Positions 23,152 through 33,272 of a stretch of 64,000 bases of DNA are shown here, one piece after another (within the stretch, counting starts at the first letter, position 1; the number at the start of each line of letters is the position of its first letter). Both the position numbers and the translations under genes were made by a program. Source of the stretch: Amoebophrya sp. A120. Lineage: Eukaryota; Protista; Dinoflagellata. The DNA is taken from contig CAJINV010000003.1 of NCBI GenBank assembly GCA_905178155.1, positions 4,437,863 through 4,501,862 of the forward strand. The letters run 5' to 3'. The notes below the pieces were generated by a model. That model searched no databases. It saw only the letters and a list, made by a program, of their open reading frames with translations, and was not told where the DNA came from.

Positions 23152-25782
23152 CTACGCACCCGCTACGCTGCCGTGGTCGTGCGACTCAATGGAAAGATTG
23201 ACGTCTTTCGGAGTGAAGAACAAGCGCGCGTCACCCTGGCTGACCTCTGCCAGAGCTTCCCGTTTGCGCAACACGTTCCACATCGTGATGCAGGTCTCCG
23301 TTGCCAACTGGTGATTCTGCAACTTTCCCAAAAACTCGGTGATTTTCACTGCTTCGCCCAAGCCTTCCATGGCCATCCTCGCGTTCGAGTTCTCCGTTTG
23401 GATGGCCAGAAGACTCTTCCGCGCCTCCTCCTCGGCAATTTGACCTGCGAAGTAGTACTTAAGTATTTTGTTGCACTAGAAGTAAAAACTTTTTTTATCG
23501 CAGTCTCCTGGAGTTGCTAAGAAAATTAACAACAAAACTCAAAACCATCAGGCGATCGATGTGCTCGCCCTCTTCTACCTTTGATTTTGCTGAGCTGGAC
23601 CTCGGATTCAGATTCTTGCTTCTGCAGGCGGTTCATCCGATTTGTGGTTTCCTGAATGATCTGCCCCAGTACCTCGGCCGTTTTGGACTCCGCGCAGTGG
23701 TACCCCGTGACCTCCAAAGAGTGGATTTTACAGCCGCGCTGCTTGTAAAAGGTGTCGTCGTGGCGGTGGGCCTCCGCCGCGATGACGTTGAAGTCGCTCA
23801 TGAACTGCTGCTATCAACTGTAAAAATGTCTGGGTCTGGAAGATGTCCAGGTTTGTCATGCATATTTTTTTTTTTTTTCATATAGCTGCGCAGGATGTGA
23901 CTACTAACCTGAAGATGTATCTCATTCCTATTTTTGACCTTAATGGCGCAGCGGTGCGCACGTCGACCGGTTTGTCATGCATATTTCGCATGGGCTATGA
24001 TGCCTGCAATGCATGACCTAGCATGACAGATTTTTTTGCGGGAGGTATCTTGATGCCTATCCCGCATGACAAATGCCCTCTCCGCGGAGCAAAAACTGGA
24101 CGCCTCTTGCACTTGCTGTTCATGCAATACAGATTTTTTAGATTCCAAAAATAGCATCACAAGTTGCATTCTTCCAGACCCAGACATTTTTGCAATCCAT
24201 AGCTGCAGGGAGACCCGAGACACGCGCTCGATGAACTGTGATCGTGCGTGGTTGCAGATGTCCCCGGTGGTGTCATTCGTATACTTCAGCATCTCCACTG
24301 GGTCTGCGATTTCCCAAAACAGCGTTCCTTCTAGAACCTGAAGCAGCAGGGTCGTAGTTTCTTGCTTTATACTGCTTAAACTACAAACTCTGGATAATGT
24401 TCGAAACAAGCCTAGCAAAACCAGAAACGGACGAAAAATAAGTACCAGCTCCACATTATCGGCCGTTCGGCAGTTGAACTCGAACGACATGAACATGGGG
24501 CGCAGGTCCAATTTTGTCACAAGCAGGTCCCGAAACTCCCGGCGGCGGCCCCGGCTCCAGCACAGCTGGACCAACTCGGAGAAGGGCGGCACGAAGAAAC
24601 TGCGCTGGTCCGGGTGCTTGCCAAAGAAGAACTGGTCCTTTCCGTCCTTCCCGCGGACAATGCAGGCCTCGTAGTCCGCCAACTTCACCAGGGGTCGCAC
24701 CTCCACGATCTCTTCGTCGTCTTTCGGTACGAACAGCTGCAGTTTTTTCTCCAGGTGTTGCTGCCCGGACCTCTTGTTGCGCACGAGAACTGCGGTCTGG
24801 TCGTCAATTTCGACCGCGTTCTGCACCGGAAGCTGAAACTCCTCATACGCACCGGGGAACAGCAGCTTCTCTCCGCGTTCCACTCGCGTTTTTCCCGTTT
24901 CGTGGTCCTGTTTTCATCGAGATGAAACTGCCGTCACAAAGACCTATCTAGAATGAATGGAGGAGGCTCAAAAACGAGCTACCCGATTATGACTGCAAAA
25001 TGAGAAACGTGTGCTCGCCACATTGTACAACATTTCTCTGGCAGGAAAGTAGATCCGATTTTATCATTCAACACAGTAGTAGTCTGATCCATTCTCACCT
25101 GCACACGAACCCACTGGTAGACCTTAAGGTCTAGGGCTTTTTGCTTGGCTGGCTTCGACACGAATTCGTCGTAACTGTCGAGAAAGACTAGCTGAGGCCC
25201 TTTGTGAACCATGACGCGCCCCGTTTCCTTGTTCTCTGTTTTGCACCACTCCGAGGCGTTGAGGTCGACGGCGGTGCGCTTGCCGCCGGCATCCACGTAC
25301 ACTTCCGTAGGGGAGGGCATCACCGCTCCCTGCTCACCCTTCTCGACCCGAATCTTCCCCGTCGTCTGGTCCTTGAACCGCACGAACTCGTTGCGCAACA
25401 GCGTGATCATTTGCCGAGCGCCTCCGCCCACGACCTCGTCGTAGGGCTGGAGGAACACCATTTTTGGGCCGACCTCGCATTTGCTGATGCCGGTCAGACT
25501 GTTCTTCACAATGCAGTACTCCGTCTTGAGCAACGTCAGCGCTTTTTTCTTCTCGCTGTTTTTCAGCACCAGTGGCATCATGATCACCCGCGGGCCCGTG
25601 ATCACGAGTAACTCCGTCGCGGTCTCCATCACCAGTTGCTCGTCCTTGCCAATCATGCGCAAGCGCGCCTGCAAAAGCTTTCCCACCAGGTATCCCGTGG
25701 TCGCAACAGAAACCACAGCAACGCCTGTCTTTGACGTCGCAAACCGAAACGGCGCTGCAACCAAGTCCGTAACGGCCTGCAT
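23152..25782 (-). CDS. Major vault protein-like protein (vault-type repeats plus SPFH/band-7 shoulder and coiled coil)
   Basis: Repeated ~45-50 aa units (L...EYCIVKNSLTG...EVGPKMVFLQPYDE; QWVRVQDHETGKTRVERGEKLLFPGAYEE), then FEFNCRTADNVELVLEGTLFWEI...GDICNHARSQFIERVSRVSLQQFMSDF, typical of the MVP shoulder/SPFH region. Confidence 0.72.
23812..24201 (-). mobile_element. TIR introner/MITE copy 5 (390 bp including nested insertion); orientation B
   Basis: TATCAACTGTAAAAATGTCTGGGTCTGGAAG ... CTTCCAGACCCAGACATTTTTGCAATCCATA; perfect TSD GCTGC. Removal restores VSRVSLQQFMSDFN. Confidence 0.95.
23868..23968 (-). mobile_element. Short poly(A)-tailed retro-insertion (5'-truncated LINE, SINE or retrocopy) nested in introner copy 5
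   Basis: 18-bp direct repeat GGTTTGTCATGCATATTT at 23850-23867 and 23969-23986; T14 run at 23865-23878. Subtracting the insert plus one repeat returns the element to 271 bp, similar to its siblings. Confidence 0.8.
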
Positions 25783-26114
25783 CTTGGTCGTTTGATGTCT
25801 TACGACGAGCAAGCTAGAAACACAATGAAATCAGAAGGCCTACTCAGAGCCTAACAACGTTCGTTGCTACTGACGCCGCAGCACCAGGGAACTGGAAAAA
25901 AAAGTACCTCAGGTACAAGAAAAAAAGACTAATGCTCAGTCCTGTCAGATTTCCTCCCGTCCTGGGACGAACAACTCGGTCCGAAGATGGTTTGCATTTG
26001 GCAAGGTGTAAGTACAGAAAACACCACAGAGAACAACCCAGAAACCATAGAAACTTCGCAGCCGATCCAACAACTTTTGTTCAGTAACCTTCACAGTGGA
26101 CGACGGACTAGAAG

Positions 26115-28244
26115 TCACTCGACTTCCAGGTTGCTACTAGCTGGTGATGTTGATGGGGGCGAGTCCATTTCTTCTCTCATATCACGAACTGCAATCAGTT
26201 CCTCTTGTAGCCTTTGGCGTTCCATCCAAAACCGCACGGCCTTGTGCCGCTTCGCAAGATTGACGCACTTCTGCCTGTGCAAAACCATGCTTACAATGCA
26301 AACCAGTGGCAGTAGGATGGCGAGAAACACTATGCCGAAGACGAAGGCCTCCGTATCGCGGGCGTCGCCGTGAAAAGCCGCGTACCCGATCAAAAAGCCC
26401 ACGTCCGGGTGGAGGTCCGCGTCCGGCTGAAAACATACCACCAATCGTCGGTGCAGCCACCGCCGCCGTTCCCGGGTGTCCATGCGGTGCCCGGACTCGA
26501 GCGGGAAGAGCAGTTCCATGCCGCCCGCGGGGTGGTCCTCGTAGTAGCGCTTGAAGATTTTCGACCCCGAGCTGGTATCCTTCGGCGTCACCACTCGGTC
26601 GCCGTTGATCACATACCTCGGGTGGCCGTAGCTCGTCCACGACGGAAAGGTTTCACTATCCGATGGTTTGCTTGTCGAATCCGTCGGCAGCAGAGCCTGC
26701 GCCGCCACTTTAGAAAGTTGTATACGTGGGTTTAGAATCCACTGCAAATCCTTCGCAGGGGAGCTGCTTGAGGTTGTCTTTTCTTTGTCTCCAGCGGGGG
26801 TCATTTTTTCGGAACTTTTGCCTTCCGGGCGTGGCTGGTCCCCGATCACTTTTATCTGGTGTACCAGTTGACTGTGTGACGGACTGCACGGGTTTCGGAG
26901 CTCACAGTGCAACATCCAGTCGCGGCCGAGGTCAAACAGCGGATGGAGAGGACCACCGGCGGAGCCGAGCCTCCGCATTTTTTGGTCTACTGTTCCGTTT
27001 GAGGTATCCGTTCGTCTGCTAGTACTGGCGGAACTCACCGAAGAAATCGCGCGCCGCGTCGACTTGTTCCCCGGAGACGTCGACGAACCTTGTTCTGGAA
27101 CCAGTCGCGTTTTCACGAGCGGTGGGTCGGAACCTCCTACCTGTCGCAACGACAGATCGCCGGCGCAGTGGGCGAAGCTAATATCCAGTTCCCGCACCGT
27201 GATGCGGTAGGCCTGCCCTGGCAAGCAGTAGTCACACTCCAGCGGGAGCCACTCTGTCCACCCCGGGTTGAGGAAGGTTCGGACCGGAACTTGGAGTAGC
27301 GAGGGCAGAAACCGCACTTCGGGCAGACGATAGTACTGCAGCATTCCCAGTAGCCGGGTCGTCGCAGCGGTGGACGAGGAGCTCTGACCCTGCCGCTTCA
27401 CGGTGCTGCACGCCATTGCGGGGGCTGGATTCAGGCCTACAGTGAACTTTGGTCGCGGGGCAACCTCGAAAACTAGCGCCGGGTTTCGCTGCACGACGTC
27501 CAGGGGGACACAGTGGTGCGCCGCGGCGACCGGGATGAGTTGCGCCTGCGCTTGTCCTCTCCGAGAATTGCTGCCAGTGCTCGGATGCGTCGAGAGCTGC
27601 ATGCCACTTGGGTTTTGGAATTCCGCGACCAGCGTCAGTTGTCGGCACCATCTCGCACCCTCGTCGTCTAGAAGTGCGCTCGTTCTTATTCCGAGGTCCT
27701 TGATGCTGATTCGGCCTCCATTTTGCGCAGTAGTCAACCTCCCAGATGACAATGCCGCAAGAGTGGCACGGCGCCGGATTAGTATTTCATCCCCATTGCT
27801 CGGTGCTGCGATCGCCAGTTTGTTCTCATTCGACAGTAGCAGATTATTGTCGTCAATCTGGGACGTACTGCCCGGACGCAAAAATGGAACGACATCCCCT
27901 GAATTCAAGACGGCGCCATCGTTGATGCGCTCCAAAACGTGCTCACCCAGCTGAAACACATTGACGCAGAAAAGCTCTCGCGGCCGATGAAAGACTTCGT
28001 CCGCGCCACTCCCGCTGTCCTGCGGAGGTGCGTTGTGCTGTTTCTGTGACACCTGGTCAAGCGCTTGCAGTTCCCGCTCTTGCGCTAGACTGCGTCGCAG
28101 GTGCGCGGCTTGCTGCTGAACGTCGTCGGGCAGCAGCTCGAAACGAAAGGATGCTGCGAAATCCGCACGCTCATCCGCGGTGACTGTTGTGTCAACCAAC
28201 GGAATGCGCAGAATTCGACGTTCAATGTCGTTGGTCCCCATCAC
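26115..28244 (-). CDS. Hypothetical type I membrane protein (709+ aa)
   Basis: Long open frame; hydrophobic helix AFVFGIVFLAILLPLVCIVSMVL followed by a basic tail; 5' end uncertain. Confidence 0.7.
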   Translation of the reverse strand: MMGTNDIERRILRIPLVDTTVTADERADFAASFRFELLPDDVQQQAAHLRRSLAQERELQALDQVSQKQHNAPPQDSGSGADEVFHRPRELFCVNVFQLGEHVLERINDGAVLNSGDVVPFLRPGSTSQIDDNNLLLSNENKLAIAAPSNGDEILIRRRATLAALSSGRLTTAQNGGRISIKDLGIRTSALLDDEGARWCRQLTLVAEFQNPSGMQLSTHPSTGSNSRRGQAQAQLIPVAAAHHCVPLDVVQRNPALVFEVAPRPKFTVGLNPAPAMACSTVKRQGQSSSSTAATTRLLGMLQYYRLPEVRFLPSLLQVPVRTFLNPGWTEWLPLECDYCLPGQAYRITVRELDISFAHCAGDLSLRQVGGSDPPLVKTRLVPEQGSSTSPGNKSTRRAISSVSSASTSRRTDTSNGTVDQKMRRLGSAGGPLHPLFDLGRDWMLHCELRNPCSPSHSQLVHQIKVIGDQPRPEGKSSEKMTPAGDKEKTTSSSSPAKDLQWILNPRIQLSKVAAQALLPTDSTSKPSDSETFPSWTSYGHPRYVINGDRVVTPKDTSSGSKIFKRYYEDHPAGGMELLFPLESGHRMDTRERRRWLHRRLVVCFQPDADLHPDVGFLIGYAAFHGDARDTEAFVFGIVFLAILLPLVCIVSMVLHRQKCVNLAKRHKAVRFWMERQRLQEELIAVRDMREEMDSPPSTSPASSNLEVE

Positions 28245-28864
28245 TGCGGCAGCTAGAAAACAGAATGCACAATGAATAGTGCCAACAGCAGCTCACCCTG
28301 CATGAGTATGACCTTTCTTCGGAATCAACGAAGTAGCACGAATTACTGAAGCACTTCGTAGACGAAAAGGGTATCTGGACCTACGCAGATTGTCCTCAGA
28401 CATAAGTAAGTATTGCCCGAACACGATCAAACTCGCGCAAGATGGCTCCCCGACTACGAGTTTCTTTTACCGCATCCATGATCGCTTAGGCGTAGAACCT
28501 CTGTTTCAGATTGCTCATCTGTTAAGGTGAGCTGTCTCAGCGATGAGATTCAGTTTTTGACTCCGTGGAAATCGGGCGCGGAAGTTCAAGTGAAAAAGAG
28601 TGGGGGTATCGTCAAGCAAGTCTTCTTGATACTGGCATACCATGGTTATTTCTGCGCTGGTAGATCAGTTCTAAATAACTGTATGCGTCGCACGCAACTC
28701 GTTTGTGTTTTCGTTTGGTGAATTCTTTGTTCATCTATTCTGGCAATGACTCTTCAATCTCAAGTAAAGCGTTCGCACAAATTTGCGCGTGGACATGAAA
28801 TATGCTTGTATTTTCGTAATCTATTATTTATAAAGGTACGATTTTGTTGGGAATAAAAGCACCG

Positions 28865-31291
28865 CTATTGATCCATCACCATCATGTATTCCTCGTACTC
28901 CTCATCTTCTCCCTCGCCGTCTACGCGCTGGCGTTTGGTCCCGTGTTCATCTTCCTCTTCGTTGTCGGAATCACGATTTCGTTTCTGCACGCCGCCCCCA
29001 AGCACGGCTTTCTCCCTTTCAGCCGCTGTCTCCGCAGAGATTTGCGGAATACTTTTTCCGGTAACGGTGACACATTTTTGGCACAGCTCTTCGAAGGCCG
29101 AGATTGCGTCGGCGAAGGTAGAGACCTCTTTCGTTTCGTAAGCGTTGTTGGCGAAAGAAATATTCGTAATTTTGTTGCGCTTCGCCGTCTTGTCCTTACG
29201 CAGACGATCCAGAACTTGCTCGGTAGTCATGGTCCATGCAGCAGACAGGCTTCTGAACACCCTAGACTGATTGGCGTGAAAGTAAGTACTGATGTTGCAG
29301 CGCATGTGGAGCAGTAAAGCTTCCCACTTGTCCTTCAGACCCTTGCCGAGTTTTGTCTTGTTAGAACTGCTACCCCAACCGCAATCGTTCCCCTCGCGGA
29401 CCAGCAGTGCAAGGTAGGCTTCGACAAAGTGCTTCAGAACGTTCGTCAACAGCTGGAAAACAGCGTCTCGCAATTTATCCGGGCCCAGTCGCATTCCATT
29501 CTGCAAATCAACAAACTCAACGCACATGTCGGACACCAGCTTGGTCAGGCTGCTTAGTGTTTCTTTCTGGGGTCGCACCCGGAAAGCTGTCAACGCCTGC
29601 GCGCACCGAAACTCGAATAGCTCGAAAAACTTTTCGCGATAGTCCACTGCGTTACGGACTCCGAGAACCGCCGATCGCTTGTAGTAGCTATGCAGGCTCT
29701 CCAGCGTCACGGTCTCATCAATAGAGAGCGCCTGCAGTTCCCGCTGAATTTGCAGCGCCAGCACCTTGCGCTGGCTCGCTCCCCCGATGGTCTTCTCCAA
29801 GACGCTGAGCAGCCTGGGCATCCCGCTCTTCTCCTCCAGCTCCGCCCGCTTCGTTGGCTGCAGCTTTCTCAGAAAGTTGGCGCATTTGTCGGCTTTCTGC
29901 TCTGGCTTCATCTCAGCTAGTTCGGTCAACGTCATGCCGGTTTCCCCCACGACACGATCTAAAGTTCCTTGATCAAGTTCCTTTGCAATAGCATGCGCAG
30001 CGTCTCCTGGTAGCCGCCAGGCCAGACCTGCGCGAGCCGACACAGGCACGATGTCCGAAACGCACGCCGCTTTCTTGAGCGCGTCTGAATCTATCTTCCT
30101 TCCGTTGGCGTTGAACACGTTGACCGTGTGATCGTCGACCTGTGCGAGCGTATTTGTAGAAATCATTGATTTTTCATAATGATAATCTTAATCGCTGTAG
30201 TGGCCACACTTGTATGTGTCTTTGCAAGCAGTGCACGAACCAAGATTGCAGATGACATCTGCAATTGAAATAGCAAATGGCAAAGTGAAAATCCAGGAAA
30301 CTCTATACTTTGTTGATGACAATGCAAGCCGGAACTTCAATCGGTAACTTCGCGAACCACTTCAGCAGTGCTGCATCATCAATGCCTGCAAAATCGTAGA
30401 GACCCTCAGCGTCTGTCTCAGCACCGCTCGCACCAGCAGCACCTGCGGCCTGATCTCCCTCTTGCGAGAATTGCTGACTGTCACTTGGAATGGGGAACTT
30501 CTGAAAGTCGACGACCAACAAGACCAGGTCAAAGTTCTTCAGCGTCTTTGCCACCTCTGCCTTGAAAGCATCCCCACCGATGCCATTTAAACCTGGGAAG
30601 TCTACGAGCGTGAGTGCCGGACACCCACCAGGAATCGAAGAATCCCGCGCAATATCGAAGTCGCCCATTTCTGCTGCAAAGGAGGTATGCACAACCTCCA
30701 CCGATGCGCTGCCCGCTCCATCTTCGCTTTGCTGCACGCGAAGCTTTTTATCGCTCTCCTTCACGCTCTCGTGGACTGCCTTCGCTGGTCGCGCTGGCGC
30801 GCTTTTCAAACCTAAAACCTGAATGCGTCGTGAGATAGTTTTTTGCACAAGAAATTTTAGGCCTTGATCCGTAGCATAGTAGCAGTACGTTTTGGTTGCT
30901 GACACAGCGAAAGAACGGAGCACATAAAAAAGCAGCAACTACACGGCGAGCAAAACCCAGGGGCGTACTCAAGTACCTCGATAAATGAGCGCCCAGTCGG
31001 CTGCTGCGGCACCAACGTCACCCGATACGAGTTGACGCCCGCAGTAGTGCGCTGGTTCCCAACCGCACCAAATTGATCCCGCAAAAGCGCATTGATTAAG
31101 GTTGTCTTACCCGCGCACTGGTTCCCCAGCATAGCAACCCTTATCTCATTCTCCTTCTTTGCCTCCGAATCCTGCACACCCGCGACATCTGGCAAAAGCG
31201 GCACCGCCTTACCACTTCCATTGTGCAAGGAGGACGAGGGTCCATTGTGCAACGAAGACGAAGCGGCAAAAGGTGCCGAATCGGATGGCAT
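28865..31291 (-). CDS. Dynamin-superfamily / bacterial-dynamin-like P-loop GTPase, 3 exons
   Basis: G1 GNQCAGKTTLINALL, G2 RTT, G3 LVDFPG, G4 INKVD (across an intron), IVPVSAR, then a long helical region and acidic tail. Confidence 0.75.
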
Positions 31292-31967
31292 TTTTTTTTC
31301 GGGTTCTTTGAGTTTTGTTCAAGAAAAAGTCCGGTAATAAGTATCTTTCCGCAAACGGTAAAAACAAAAGTAAATGGAGAATGCCTTTTTGCGCTTCTTT
31401 ATCAAAAATCTATACAGGATCGGGACGTTCAGTAACGACGTTGTGCACCACAAAGGCTGGATCAATCCAAAATACCGCTTAAAAACACAAACACACTTCT
31501 CCAAGATCATCAGAAAGAAAATCACGATCTCCAGCACCATCTGAAATACTTCTCGGATCGGCGCCCCAGTAAAAATGAGATCTTTGTTTCTGCACCAGCT
31601 GGACATCTTCATGTATTGTTTGTCCTCTGCAGCTACGCTAGCCTGTTGCTGCGAAGACTGCACATATTAGAATCATGGGACATTGTTTTTCCATAGCGCC
31701 ATCGCGTGGACTGTAGATAGAACAGGCGAGCATCATGACGTACCAAATTGGAAGAGGTCCCATGCGAGAATAGAACCTTGCGAGAGGAGCTGGCTGCACG
31801 ACTCAATCTGATAACTTGAGACTGGAATCTCGAAACAATCACTAATCGAACGATCCCCTCGATCGATCATTTTCCATCTGCGGTTCGTTGTACTAGGAGC
31901 TCGGCTACTTAATCATGAGAGTACTTTTCAATTCAAAAGCATCACAAAAATCAAGAATTCGCAACAC

Positions 31968-32273
31968 TTACAAAAACAACGCGTCAAAATTTCCGTTGCT
32001 GGGCCAGCGGCCCCGACTGTAGCCTTTGAACTTATCCGTCACGGTTCCCACAACGTCTGGAAAGGGAGGCAAGAGAATCTGGTGCTTCCCCGTGATAGCG
32101 CGCACCATGGTTCCCGCGTGTTCGGCCTTGTCGAGGTGATGCGAGGCCTGTTCCAGCTCTGCCCGGATCTGTTGCGTGATTCCGTTGATGCGAGCCACTG
32201 TCTTCGAAATGCGATCCACGTCGAGATTCGGCGTCACGAGTCCGGTGGTCTCGAACAGAGCCTTTCGACTCAT
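31968..32273 (-). CDS. Small hypothetical protein (possibly with further downstream exons)
   Basis: ATG-initiated 101-aa ORF on the coding strand with coiled-coil character; no homology recognised. Confidence 0.4.
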   Translation of the reverse strand: MSRKALFETTGLVTPNLDVDRISKTVARINGITQQIRAELEQASHHLDKAEHAGTMVRAITGKHQILLPPFPDVVGTVTDKFKGYSRGRWPSNGNFDALFL

Positions 32274-33272
32274 GGTCCTACTCGACGGATGGCGATGGGG
32301 AGTCGACGACGGGTTCCATTTTTCTATTGAAATGTTTCTAAGTGAAACAAAAACAAAATGATAATGATATCAATTAGCATAACTCTATAGCGCGTTAGCC
32401 ACAGCTGGAGACTTCATCTCAACGGCCCATGTCAGTATGAATGTAAATCAATGAATCCCTCCGTGAGGTCGAGAACGGCCAAACGACGGTAGCACCATAC
32501 GCCTCTCTTTCATCCTTCTTCTCTCACACAAACACGAAAAATCGAAACGAAAACCCAGTAGAACAACATTGACGAGGCACAATCTAATTAGTTACACAGG
32601 ATCCTTTTGGTTCGATTGCAATTCCTTCTGTTTAATTGTGCGCGCAACTCTTTAAGTACCGCTTGACGGGAAAAGAGTCGCAATCGATTCGGCAATTATT
32701 GTCATTCGCGTCTAGAGTCACTATGACATCATGGTGACGAAAGTTGCGGCGCCTGAGGAGGCGCACACAGCTTTTGAGTGTTAAACAACGTCACTCAGGA
32801 GGAATCTATTATACCGAGGGCCCATACCCGGCCCGGAATTCACAGCCAAAAAACAACGAGCCTAAGCGCATATTGTCATGTCATCGGAAATAAAGGATAG
32901 CCAACAATGTTGGAATGCATCCGCAAAAGTTGCAATCCACGTGCGAAATTATCTCCCTCTACCTCTAGTAGACCACGCTTCTACGTCGAAAAAACCCAAT
33001 GCGCAATCGCTATCGCTTGGATAGCAGGTCTGAACCTAAAGCGATTTATTCTTCAACCTAATCATATTGGCGGTACTTGAGAGTACCTGCTGCTAAAGAA
33101 AAGAGCAAGATAGAATGCTTGCAAATTAACTTGGACTTGTCAGTGAACCGAGGACAGAGCGTGAGGGACAAGCTTTGTGTCGCCTCGCGTCTGTCCTGTT
33201 CTATTGATGTTTGCTTTTCGAAGACTGTTCTTTTCTTCCAACGTCATATTGTTCCTTCCCCGTTGCATTCCC

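Noticed and set aside
17912-24201. Recurring ~30-bp motif as a CRISPR array
   Set aside because: The repeats occur as inverted pairs ~250 bp apart with TSDs, in a eukaryotic intron-containing context with no cas genes.
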